Shown here: positions 1 through 10,319 of the stretch, piece after piece | Layout of the letters: each line of letters opens with the position of its first letter | Position numbering within the stretch: position 1 is the first letter of the stretch | Source of the DNA: Macrostomum lignano | Lineage: Eukaryota | DNA length: 27,340 nt | Direction of reading: 5' to 3' | Assembly (NCBI GenBank): GCA_002269645.1 | Contig: NIVC01002310.1 | Coordinates: forward strand, 1-27,340 | Notes under the pieces: generated by a model | Seen by the model: the letters and a program-made list of their open reading frames with translations, nothing else | Databases searched by the model: none | What the model was told of the DNA's origin: nothing | Translations under genes and position numbers: made by a program

Positions 1-44
1 TATATATATACATACAAACAAATATTAGATTTAGGTTTATTAGA
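1..44 (-). mobile_element. Probable diverged 5' terminus of a further unit (U0), cut by the window edge
   Basis: CATACAAACAA..TTTAG..TAGA aligns loosely with the unit end CAGACAAACAA..TTTAG..TAGA and abuts CGAG at 45 (- strand CTCG|TC). Confidence 0.4.
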
Positions 45-246
45 CGAGTGGAACTCCTCCTCTGGAGGAAAAAGGGGAAGAACTCCCATCACCGGAATTC
101 TGAAGGGAAGAACTCCCATCAGCTGAAATTCCATGACTTGAATCCCATCTTCCAAATCATCTCCAAATCCTCTACAATGCATTTCAATTACCGATATCTA
201 GTTTTCCCTATTTGCAAAAACTCACTGGCATTGTCCAGACTCGGAC

Positions 247-1092
247 TCTCATGTCTCTGCTCTCATTTCTCATATCTCATATCTTTCATATCACCCTCTC
301 CTTTCTTATCTTCCATCTTTCTGCCCTCCTTACTACCGTCTCTTGTCACCTCTCTTTTCTCTCCTCTCCATTCTTTCTTCTCCCCTTTCCTTTCTCCTCT
401 CATCTTTTCCCCTCTCTTCTCAAATCTCTCTCTCTCTCTTTTCTCACTTATCTCTTTTCTATTTGCATCTCTCATCTCTCATCTCTCTCCTCTCATCTGT
501 ACTATCTTATTTATCTCTTCTCCCAGGTCTTTCAAATTTACTCTCTCCTGTCTCCTCTCTCCCCTCGTCTCTCCTCTCTCATATCTCTTCTCTACTCACT
601 TATCTATTCTCTCTACTCTGCTCCCCTTTTACACTTTCCTATATGCTCTCACTCTCACTCTCTCCTTTCTTATCTCCTGTTTTTACTTTCCTTTCTACCA
701 CCTGTCTCCTCTCGTTTCTCTCCTCTCTGCACTCTTATCTTTACCCTCTTCTTTTCCCTCACTACTTTCTTCTCTTAAATCTCTGATCTCCGATCTTTCA
801 TCTCTCTCCTCTCACCTCTCACCTCTCTCCTCTCTTTCCTCTCTTCTATTGCCTCTGTGCGCTCTTATCCCTCTTTTCTTCTCTGTCCTGTCTCCTCTCT
901 GCTATCTCATATCTCCTCTCTCATATCCTCTTCCTTCATCTCCTCTCTCCTCTTCTCTTCTCTCTCCTTCGTTCCCGCCTTACTTCCCTCTTCTCTCCCA
1001 TCTGTAATGTCTAATCTCTCCACTCATTTCTACTCTGTTTTCTATCATCTCATCTCTCTTCTCTTTTCATTCTTCTCTTTACTCTCTTCTCT
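247..1092 (+). repeat. CT-rich polypyrimidine low-complexity block, U1
   Basis: Cryptic CT/CTT/CCT repeats with very few G on the + strand; ends at the conserved CTCTGACTGATTGAAGATG. Left boundary approximate. Confidence 0.9.
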
Positions 1093-1112
1093 GACTGATT
1101 GAAGATGCCAAA

Positions 1113-1428
1113 TCCATCAAGATCCTCTCCGCGAAGCAGAAATCCTGTCCGTGCAACTGAAAACCATCGAAATCCTCTCCGTGAAACTGGACTCCTTCGA
1201 AATCCTCTCCTTGAAACTTAAATCCATCAAAATCGTCTCCATAAAACAGAAATCAATCATAAATTATCTCTGCGAAACAGAAATCCTCTCCGTGAAGCTG
1301 AACATCATCGAAATCCTCTCCGTGAAACTGAACACCATCGAAATCCTCTCCACGAAACAGAAATCCTCTCCGTCAAAATTAAAACATTGAAATTGAAACT
1401 GGACTCAATCAAAATTTTTCCGTCAAAC
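1113..1428 (+). repeat. 20/30-bp minisatellite with core GAAATCCTCTCCG(T/C)GAAAC, U1. Homologous blocks at ~4397-4538, 10154-10260, 11311-11451, 12540-12680, 14995-15252, 17892-17998, 20293-20646, 22510-22865, 24796-25180, 27173-27340
   Basis: 30-mer GAAATCCTCTCCGTGAAACTGAACACCATC and 20-mer GAAATCCTCTCCGCGAAACA are interspersed; copy number varies between units. Confidence 0.9.
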
Positions 1429-1450
1429 AACTCAACTCTCCGGATTCATT

Positions 1451-1486
1451 GGTTAGGGTTAGGGTTAGGGTTAGGGTTAGGGTTAG
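1451..1486 (+). repeat. Interstitial telomere-type tract (GGTTAG)6, U1
   Basis: Read directly; preceded by GATTCATT. Confidence 0.95.
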
Positions 1487-2612
1487 CACAGCTTCGTGTT
1501 AAAAGGCACTGATAAAATATATTGAACTAATTGAATCAATTCACTGCGCAACCGAATTCACAGTCAGTCAGTATCAGTCTCAGTTAAAGTTAACAAAAAC
1601 ATTGCGCAATCTAAATCAACCCTCCAATACACAGCAGCAGTGAGAAGTTGAACCCTCCCCCCAACTTTATCTATTCGTCTCGCAAAACTGAGTACAATTT
1701 TTGCAAAGTTAAAAGTATGCAAATAGTTTTTTAAATGCTGTGCTTTTTCTTTTCATATTTAAAGCAAACAACTTATATCCCCGAACTCAGCGTTGCAAGA
1801 TCTTTCCAGCAATATAAGTTTCTCCTCTCAAAGTTTAAAACTCGAGGAACAGTTAGCGTTTGAAATTTACCGATTTCCCGACTGCTTGCTAGAGAAGCTC
1901 GCAATTCATTGAATTTCACTGCCAAACTAATACACAGGGCTGCCTATAGAAAAAAGGCGCCAATAATAAAACCAATTGAATCTCGACACAGTCTATCTGT
2001 TTACACTGTACAACTGCTATGTACACTCAGCCCAAGCCCAACCCCCGTTAAATTTAACTCAACCCCCCAACACGAGGGGGGTTTTATTTGCATTGAACCC
2101 AGAACACGCGCACCCACCACCCCTCAATACACAGCGGCCCGCGGGCGGAGGTTGGGGTGGCTATTTTTACAAACTGGCTGCAGCCCCAGTCAGAGTGGCC
2201 AAAGAAGGTTATTGGGGGTTAAAAAAGCAGTTTTCTGCTTTTTTAGGGATGTTAAAATGTGAAAATTAAAAATTAAAATAGCCTAAAGCCTGCTCCGGAA
2301 AATTTGCAGTTTTCCCATATAAGTTTCAACGCTGACTTGGCAGAATTGTAGGAGTTCACTTACTACATACATACATACAGACAGACAAACATCGCTAGAG
2401 TTTTAGTATAAGGACGAGGCCAACTCCTCCTCTGGAGGAGAAAGGGGAAGAACTCCCATCACCGGAATTCCATTCCCTGAAATCCATCAGCTGAAATTCC
2501 ATGACTTGAATCCCATCTTCCAAATCATCTCCAAATCCTCTGTAAAGCCTTTCAAATACCATATCTTGTTTTCCCTGTTCGCAAAAACTGACTGCCATTG
2601 TCCAGACTCAGA

Positions 2613-3040
2613 TTCTTCTGTCTCCTCTCTTCTCTTTTCTCTCCTCTCACGTCTCTCATCTCTACCACCTTATTTATCTCTTCTCCCTCGTCTTTCGTCT
2701 TTCTCTTCTGTCTCCTTTATCCCCTGTTTTCTCCTCTCTCCTCTCTCCTCTCTTCTCTCCTCTCTCATCTCTCATCCCTCATGCCTCATCTCACTATTTC
2801 TTTCTCCTCTACTCTCAGCTCCTCTCTTCTCTCTCCTCTCATCTCTCCTGTCTCCCTCTGCTATCTCATATATTCCCTCTCATCTCCTCTCTCCTCTTTT
2901 CTTCTCTCTCCCTCTTCGTTCCCGCCTTACTCCCCTCTTCTCTCCCATCTGTCATGTCTAATCTGTCCTCTCTCATCTCTACTCTCTTTTCTATAATCTC
3001 TTCTCTCTTCTCTTTTCACTCTTCTCTTTACTCTATTTAC
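2613..3040 (+). repeat. CT-rich block (short form), U2
   Basis: As for U1; boundaries approximate. Confidence 0.9.
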
Positions 3041-3058
3041 TGACTGACTGAAGATACC

Positions 3059-3312
3059 AAATCCATCAAAATCCCTCCGTGAAACAGAAATCCTCTCCGC
3101 GAAACAGAAATCCTCTCCGCGAAACAGAAATCCTCTCCGTGAAACTGGGCTCCATGGAAATCCTCTGAGTGAAACTGACATCCATCAAAATCGTCTCCGT
3201 AAAACAGAAATACATCTAAATTCTCTCCACGAAAAATAAATCCTCTCCGTGAAACCGAAAACCATCAGAATACTCCGTGAAACTGGACTCAATCGAAATT
3301 TTCTCTGTCAAA
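3059..3312 (+). repeat. 20/30-bp minisatellite, U2, with three consecutive 20-mers at ~3087-3146
   Basis: Read directly. Confidence 0.88.
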
Positions 3313-3337
3313 AAGAACTTAACTTTCAGAATTCATT

Positions 3338-3353
3338 GGTTAGGGTTAGGGTT
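3338..3353 (+). repeat. Telomere-type tract (GGTTAG)2GGTT, U2
   Basis: Read directly; occupies the homologous position. Confidence 0.85.
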
Positions 3354-4299
3354 CGAGCTGCACAGAGCTGCGTGTTGAATTAATTGAATCAATTAATTGC
3401 GCAAACCATTTCTCAGTCAGACAGTATCAGTCTTATTTAAAGTTAAATAAACAGTTGCGCAATCTAAATCAACCCTCCAATACACAGCAGCAGTGAGAAG
3501 TTGAACCCTCCCCCAACTTTATCTATTACGTCTCGCAAAACTAAGTACAATCTTTGCAGAAAGTTAAAAGTATGAAAATAGTTTTTCAAATGCTGTGCTT
3601 TTTCTTTTCATATATAAAGCAAACAACTTATATCCCCAAACTCAGCGTTGCAAGATCTTTCCAGCAATATAAGTCTCTCCTCTCAAAGTTTAAAACTCGA
3701 GGAACAGTTAGCGTTTGAAATTTACCGATTTCCCGACTGCTTGCTAGAGAAGCTCGCAGTCGCAATTCATTGAATTTCACTGCCAAGCTAATACACAGGG
3801 CTGGCTGCCTATGGAGAAAAAAGGCGCCGATAATAAAACCAAATGAATTTCGACACAGTCTATCTATTTACACTGTACAACTGCTATGTACACTCAGCCC
3901 AAGCCCAACCCCGTTCTGGGGGAAGCATTAAATTTAATTCGACCCCCCAACACGCGGGGTTTTATTTGCATTGAACGCAGAACACGCGCACCCACCACCC
4001 CTCAATACACAGCGGCCCGCGGGCGGAGGTTGGGGTGGCTATTTTTACAAACTGGCTGAAGCCCCAGGCAGAGTGACCAAAGAAGGTTATTGGGGTTAAA
4101 AAAGCAGTTTTCTGCTTTTTTAGGGATGTTAAAATGTGAAAATTAAAAATTAAAATAGCCTAAAGCCTGCTCCGGAAAATTTGCAGTTTTCCCATATAAG
4201 TTTCGACGTTGACTTGGCAGAATTGTAGGAGTTCACTTGCTACATACAGACAGACAGACATACAGACAGACAAACATCGCGTCGGTTTTAGTATTAGGA

Positions 4300-6220
4300 C
4301 GAGGCCAACTCCTCCTTCGGAGAAGAAAGGGGAAGAACTCCAATCAGCGGAATTCCATTCCCTGAACTCCATCAGCGGAATCCCATTTTCCAACACCTCT
4401 CCGCGCAACAGAAATCGTCTCCGTGAAACTGAACACTATCGAAATCCTCTCCGTGAAACTGAACACCATCGAAATATTCTCCGCGAAATAGAAATCCTCT
4501 CCGTGAAACTGGACTAAATCGAAATTTCTACGTCAAACAGCCCAGCTCTCAGAATTCATTGGTTAAGGTTAGGGTTAGGGTTAGAGCTACACACAGCTGC
4601 GTGTTGAAAGACGCCGTAAAAACATTGAACCAATTAAATTGCGCAACTTATTTCTCAGGCAGTCAGTATCAGCCTCAGTTAAAGTTAACAAAAAGATTGC
4701 GCAATCTAAATCAACCCTCAAATACACAGCAACCGACCCCCCTTCCAATACGCAGTGCAGCTAGAAATTGAACCCCCCCCTCACCAACTATTGGGGGTCG
4801 GTCGAACCCCCATTGAACTCCAAAATGAGAACAATCTTTGCAGAAAGCTAAAAGTATGAAAATCTTTTCTTGAATGCTGTGAATTTAATTTTCATATTTA
4901 AAGCAAAAAACTTATATCCCCGAACTCATCGCAGCAAGATCTTTCCAGCAATATAAGTCTCTCCTCTCTAAGTTCAAAACTCGAGCAACAGTTAGTGTTT
5001 GAAACTTTCTGATTTTAAGCATTGAAATATCGAGTGTACGTTCACTGCCTGCAACAGTGAATTGCAATTGTCTATACAGTCAGCCCGTGCGCCAAGGTCC
5101 AAGTGCACACGAAATGATTGCGCAATCTAAATCAACCCTCCAATACACAGCGACTGACCCCTTCCGCAGTGGCAATTAAAAGTTGAACCGCCCCCTCCCA
5201 CCAACTGTTGGGGGTTGGTCGAACCCCATTGAACCCAAAATGAGTACAATCTTTCCAGAAAGTAAAAAGTATGGAAGTTGTTTTTGATCGCTGTGTTTTT
5301 TCTTTTCACATTTAAAACAAACAACTTATATCCCCGAACTCAGTGTTGCAAGATCTTTCCAGCAATATAAGTCTATTTTTTTAAAGTTTAGAACTCGAGC
5401 AACAGTTAGCGTTTGAAATGTCCCGATTTAAAGCATTGAAGTATCGAGTGTACGTTCACCTGCCTGCTAAAAAGGCTCGCATGTTGATGCATTGAATTTC
5501 AGTGTGCAAAAAATACACCGGGCTGCCTAATTGAAAATCAGAGCACGTATCGTTGCGCTATTGTCTATACAGTCAGCCCGTGCGCCAAGGTCCAAGTGCA
5601 CACACGCCGCCACTGAGAACGCGAGCACCCCACTGGAGCGAAAATACACTGCAGAGATAGGAGAAAGTTATGGCGCAATCGCTCAAAATTCATGCAAATT
5701 TTTAGCTCCAAGCAGAAAGAGGGGACAAATAAGATTATCAAAGGTCAAGATTGCAGTTTTTTGCTTTTTTCGGGATCTTAAAATGTAAAAATAAAAAATG
5801 AAATAGCCCACTGCCATCCTCGGAAAATTTGCAGTTTTCCCATATAGAATATATAGAATAGAAGCATAGAATTTCACTGAACCCCCAAAACGCGGGGGGG
5901 GGGTTTATTTGCATTGAACGCAGAACACGCGCACCCACCAACCCTCAATACACAGCGACCGCGGCGGAGGTTGGGGTGGCTATTTTTACAAACAGACTGC
6001 CAACTCTCTTACTGGAAAGACAGAAGGGCCAAAGAAGGTTAAAAGCAGTTTTCTGCTTTTTTAGGGATGTTAAAATGTGAAAATTAAAAATTAAAATAGC
6101 CTAAAGCCTGATCCGGAAAATTTTCTGTTTTCCCATATAAGTTTCGACGCTGACTTGCCAGTTGTCTAGGAGAAAAATCGCAACACACACACAATCATCG
6201 CACCAGTTTTAGTATTAAGA
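4300..6220 (-). mobile_element. U3: CT-less composite unit (duplicated monomer, beta, internal truncated end, alpha fragment, x-type end)
   Basis: 5' TCTTAATACTAAAAC; 3' hairpin with one mismatch then CTCG. A second partial 5'-end module lies at ~5755-5846. Confidence 0.58.
4561..4584 (+). repeat. Telomere-type tract GGTTAA(GGTTAG)3, U3
   Basis: Read directly. Confidence 0.9.
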
Positions 6221-6380
6221 CGAGTGGAACTCCTCCTTCGGAGGAGAAAGGGGAAGAACTCCTATCACCGGAATTCCATTCCCTGAATTATCCATCAACT
6301 GAAATTCCATGTCTTGAACCCCATCTTCCAAATCGTCTCCAAATTCTTTACAAACCTTTCAAAGACCATAGCTCAAAGAC

Positions 6381-7474
6381 TCTTACGTCTCTCATATCTA
6401 CTCTCTCCTCTCTTCGCTATTATCGTGACTCGCTTCTCTCTCCTCTCTCTCATCTCATCTCTACCCCTACTCTCTTATTTATCTCTTCTCCCTCGTCTTT
6501 CGTCTGTACCCTATCCTGTCTACTCTCCTATCTTCTATCTTATCTCTCCCCTTTTCTCTCCTCTCTCATATCTCATCTCTAATCACTTATCTATCGTCTC
6601 CGCTCTACTTTCTCTCTTCCCTTTTCTCTCTTCTCTCTGCTCTCATTTCTCGTATCTCTTATACGCTCTCACCTCTCTTTCTTATCTCCCATCTTTCTTC
6701 CCTCCTTTCTACTGCATCACCTGTCTCCTCTCTTCTCTTTTCTCTCCTCTCCATTCTCTCTTCTCTACTCTCATCTCCCCTCATCTCTTCTCTAATCTCT
6801 AATCTCTTCTCTCTCTTATTTTCTCACTCATCTCTTTTCTCATTGCATCTCTCATCTCTCCTCTCTCTCTCTCCTCTCATCTGTACTATCTTTTTTATCT
6901 CTTCTCCCAGGTCTTTCAAATTTACTCTCTCCTGTCTCCTCTCTCCCCTCGTCTTTCCTCTCTCATATCTCTTCTCTACTCACTTATATATTCTCTCTCC
7001 TCTGCTCCCCTTTTACACTTTCCTATATGCTCTCACTCTCACCCTCCCCTTTCTTATCTGCTGTTTTTACACTCCTTTCTACCACCTGTCTCCTCTCGTT
7101 TCTCTCCTCTCTGCACTCTCATCTTTACCCTCTTCTTTCTCCTCACTACTTTCTTCTCTTAAATCTCTGATCTCTGATCTTTCATCTCTCTCCTCTCACC
7201 TCTCACCTCTCTCCTCTCTTTCCTCTCTTCTATTGCCTCTGTACGCTCTTGTCCCTCCTTTCTTCTCCATCCTGTCTCCTCTCTGCTATCTCATATCTCC
7301 TCTCTCATATCCTCTCCCTTCATCTCCTCTCTCCTCTTCTCTCTCCCTCTTCGTTCCCGCCTTACTTCCCTCTTCTCTCCCATCTGTCATGTCTAATCTC
7401 TCCACTCATTTCTACTCTGTTTTCTATCATCTCATCTCTCTTCTCTTTTCATTCTTCTCTTTACTCTCTTCTCT
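6381..7474 (+). repeat. CT-rich block, U4
   Basis: As above; ~6845-7474 is near-identical to U1 ~465-1092. Confidence 0.9.
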
Positions 7475-7491
7475 GACTGATTGAAGATGCC

Positions 7492-7988
7492 AAATCCATC
7501 AAGATCCTCTCCGCGAAGCAGAAATCCTGTCCGTGCAACTGAAAACCATCGAAATCCTCTCCGTGAAACTGGACTCCTTCGAAATCCTCTCCTTGAAACT
7601 TAAATCCATCAAAATCGTCTCCATAAAACAGAAATCAATCATAAATTATCTCCGCGAAACAGAAATCCTCTCCGTGAAGCTGAACATCATCGAAATCCTC
7701 TCCGTGAAACTGAACACCTTCGAAATCCTCTCCGTGAAACTGACACCTTCGAAATCCTCTCCTTGAAACTTAAATCTATCAAAATCGTCTCCATAAAGCA
7801 GAAATCAATCATAAATTTAACTCCGCGAAACAGAAATCCTCTCCGTGAAGCTGAACATCATCAAAATCCTTCTCCGTGAAACTGAGCACCATCGAAATCC
7901 TCTCCACGAAACAGAAATCCTCTTGTCAAAATTAAAACATTGAAATCGTCTCCGCTAAACTGGACTCAATCAATTTTTTCCGTCAAAC
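7492..7988 (+). repeat. Expanded minisatellite, U4, with a ~170-bp internal tandem duplication
   Basis: CTTCGAAATCCTCTCCTTGAAACTTAAATC occurs at 7577 and 7747. Confidence 0.88.
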
Positions 7989-8010
7989 AACTCAACTCTC
8001 CGGATTCATT

Positions 8011-8034
8011 GGTTAGGGTTAGGGTTAGGGTTAG
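8011..8034 (+). repeat. Telomere-type tract (GGTTAG)4, U4
   Basis: Read directly. Confidence 0.93.
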
Positions 8035-8916
8035 AACTACGCACAGCTTCGTGTTAAAAGGCACTGATAAACTATTGAACTAATTGAATCAATTCATTGC
8101 GCAACCGATTTCACAGTCAGTCAGTATCAGTCTCAGTTAAAGTTAACAAAAACATTGCGCAATCTAAATCAACCCTCCAATACAAAGCAACTGACCCCCT
8201 TCCTATACACAGCGCCAGTTGAAGTCGAAACCCCCAACTTTATCTCTCACCTCTCGCCAAAATGAGTACAATCTTTGCAGAAAGTTTAAAGTATGGAAAT
8301 AGTTTTTGCAATGCAGAGCTTTTAGTTTTCATATTTGAAGCAAACAATTTATATCCCTGAAATCAGCTTTGCAAGTTCTTTCCAGCAATATAAATTTTTT
8401 CTCTCAAAGTTAAAAACTCGAGCAACAGTTTGCGTTTGAAACTTTCTGATTTAAAGCATTGAAATATCGATTGTACGTTCACTGCCTGCTAAAGAGGCCC
8501 GCAAGTTTATGCATTGAATTTCAAGGTTCAACAAAATCACAGGGCTGCCTATTGAAAATTAGAACACAAATCTTTGCGCAATTGTCTATACAGTCAGCCA
8601 GTGAGCCAGGGTCCGATTGTACACAGGCAGCCATTTAGAACGCCCCATCCCCCACTGGAGAGAAAATACACTGCAGAGATAGGGAAAAGTTGTGGCGCAA
8701 TCACTTGAAATTCATGCAAATTTTCAGCTCCAAGCAGAAAGAGGGGACAATTAAGATTATCAAAGGTCAAGACCGCCGTTTTCTGCTTTTTTGAGGATCT
8801 TAGAAATTAAAATTTCAGAATTAAAATAGCCTATAGCCGACCTCGGATAATTTCCAATCTTCCCATATAAGTTTCAACGCTGAGTTGCCACTATTCAAGG
8901 AGGAGTTGTCGAAATG

Positions 8917-8949
<33 letters not shown>

Positions 8950-8960
8950 GACAGACAAAC
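8917..8960. repeat. Representative subterminal microsatellite (AC)14(AGAC)3; a (CAGA)n/(CATA)n/(CA)n tract occupies this position in every unit
   Basis: Read directly. Length and composition vary between units (e.g. 2364-2390, 6181-6192, 16654-16684, 26091-26130). Confidence 0.9.
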
Positions 8961-9134
8961 AACACGTCAACTTTAGTATATATGGAACTCCTCCTTCGGA
9001 GGAGAAAGGGGAAGAACTCCCATCACCGGAATTCCATTCCCTGAAATCCATCAGCTGAAACTCCACTTGAACCCATCTTCCAAATCGTCTCCAAATTCTT
9101 TACAAAATCCTTTCAAAGACCATAGCTCAAAGAC

Positions 9135-10136
9135 TCTCACGTCTCTCATATCTCCTCTCTCTCTCGCTATTATCGTGACTCTCTTCTCTCTCCTCTCTCT
9201 CATCTCATCTCTACCCGTACTCCCTTATTTATGTTTTTCCCTCGTCTTTCGTCTGTACCCTCTCCTGTCTCTTGTCTCCTCTCTTCTCTCATATCTCTCC
9301 TCTTCACTTCTGTCTCCTGTCTTCTCTCTTCTCTCTTATCTCTCCCTCTTCTCTCCTCTTTATATGTCATCCCTATTCACTTATCTATCGTCTCTCTTAA
9401 CCCTCTCTCTCTTCTCTTTTCTTTCCTCTCTGCTCTCATTTCTCATATCTCATATACGCTCTCACACTCCACTTACTTGTCTCCAATCTTTCTTTCCTCC
9501 TTTCCACTTTTCCCTGTCTCTTCTCTTCTCTCTTTTCTATCCTCTCCATTCTCTCTTTTCTCCTCCCCTTGCTCCTTTTATCTTCTCCCTCTCTTCTCTA
9601 ATCTCTTCTCTCTTCTCTCTTATGTTCTCACTCATCTCTTTTTATCGCATCTCTCATCTCTCCTCTCCTCACTACTTTCCTCTCTTAACTCTCTTATCTA
9701 TTTCATCTCTCTCCTCTCTCCTCTTTCTCTTCTCCTCTCGCTTCTTCTCTCGCTTCTCTCTCCTATCTCTCCTCTCATCTCTACTACCGTATTTATATCT
9801 TCTAACTGGTCCTTCGTCTCTACTCTCTCCTTTCTCCTTTCTCCCCTCTTTTCTCCTTTCTTGTCTCTCCTGTCTCCCCTCCTCTCTCATCCCTCATCCC
9901 CTCATCTCACTCTTTCTTTCTCCTCTACTCTCCCCTCTCTTCTATTTTCTCTGTACGCTCTTATCCCTAATCTATTTTCTCTCCTCTCTCCTCTTTTCTA
10001 CTCTCTCCCTCTTCGTTCCCGCCTAAATCCCCTCTTCTCTCCAATCTGTCATGTCTAATATCTCCACTTATTTCTACTCTGTTTTCTATCATCTCATCTC
10101 TCTTCTGCTTTCATTCTTCTCTTTACTCTTTTCTCT
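9135..10136 (+). repeat. CT-rich block, U5
   Basis: As above; near-identical to the U9 block. Confidence 0.9.
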
Positions 10137-10283
10137 GACTGATTGAAGATGCCAAATCCATCAAGATCCTCTCCGCGAAGCAGAAATCCTGTCCGTGCAA
10201 CTGAAAACCATCGAAATTCTCTCTTTTAAACTGGACTCAATCGAAATTTTCTCCGTCAAAAAAAATAAATATCAGGATTCATT

Positions 10284-10319
10284 GGTTAGGGTTATTGTTA
10301 GGGTTAGGGTTAGGGTTAA
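10284..10319 (+). repeat. Telomere-type tract, 6 units with GGTTAT/TGTTAG/GGTTAA variants, U5
   Basis: Read directly; the same variant pattern occurs in U9. Confidence 0.9.

Larger units (their letters stand above)
45..2414 (-). mobile_element. U1: putative non-autonomous Helitron-like element (CT block, alpha module, x-type 5' end)
   Basis: The - strand starts TCCTTATACTAAAAC at 2414, followed by a GTCT/GTAT microsatellite. It ends with the hairpin at 55-69, then CTCG at 48-45. No transposase ORF. Confidence 0.6.
2415..4299 (-). mobile_element. U2: putative non-autonomous Helitron-like element (short CT block, alpha, x-type end)
   Basis: 5' TCCTAATACTAAAAC; 3' hairpin CTCCTCC-AGA-GGAGGAG then TTGGCCTCG. 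Both junctions are intact CTCG|TC. Confidence 0.62.
6221..8982 (-). mobile_element. U4: putative non-autonomous Helitron-like element (long CT, beta, y-type end)
   Basis: Perfect 3' hairpin at 6230-6246 plus CTCG. The 5' end reads TATATACTAAAG (TC lost at the junction). Confidence 0.58.

Noticed and set aside
48-1007. Long Leu/Ser/Phe/Pro-rich ORFs (48-1007, 9067-10026, 9231-10058, 16652-17764, etc.) and Arg/Glu/Gly/Lys-rich antisense ORFs
   Set aside because: They come from the CT block, where pyrimidine-rich sequence rarely forms stop codons. Several frames are open at once, frames are not conserved between near-identical units, and no domain is recognisable.
1151-1390. Recurrent MQLKTIEILSVKL.. 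ORF
   Set aside because: This is a translation of the 30-bp minisatellite starting at GTG; its end shifts with repeat indels.
1113-1428. 30-bp repeats as a CRISPR-like array
   Set aside because: The repeats abut each other with no unique spacers, there are no cas genes, and the context is eukaryote-like.
3049-3085. CTGAAGA..GAAA hammerhead-like core in U2
   Set aside because: No stem II can form, and the other units read TTGAAGA.
6221-6250. The - strand TCCGAAGGAGGA..TCCACTCG resembles part of the P4 stem of the HDV antigenomic ribozyme as I recall it
   Set aside because: No P1-P3 pseudoknot or catalytic J4/2 context surrounds it, and the local fold is a simple hairpin; treated as coincidence.
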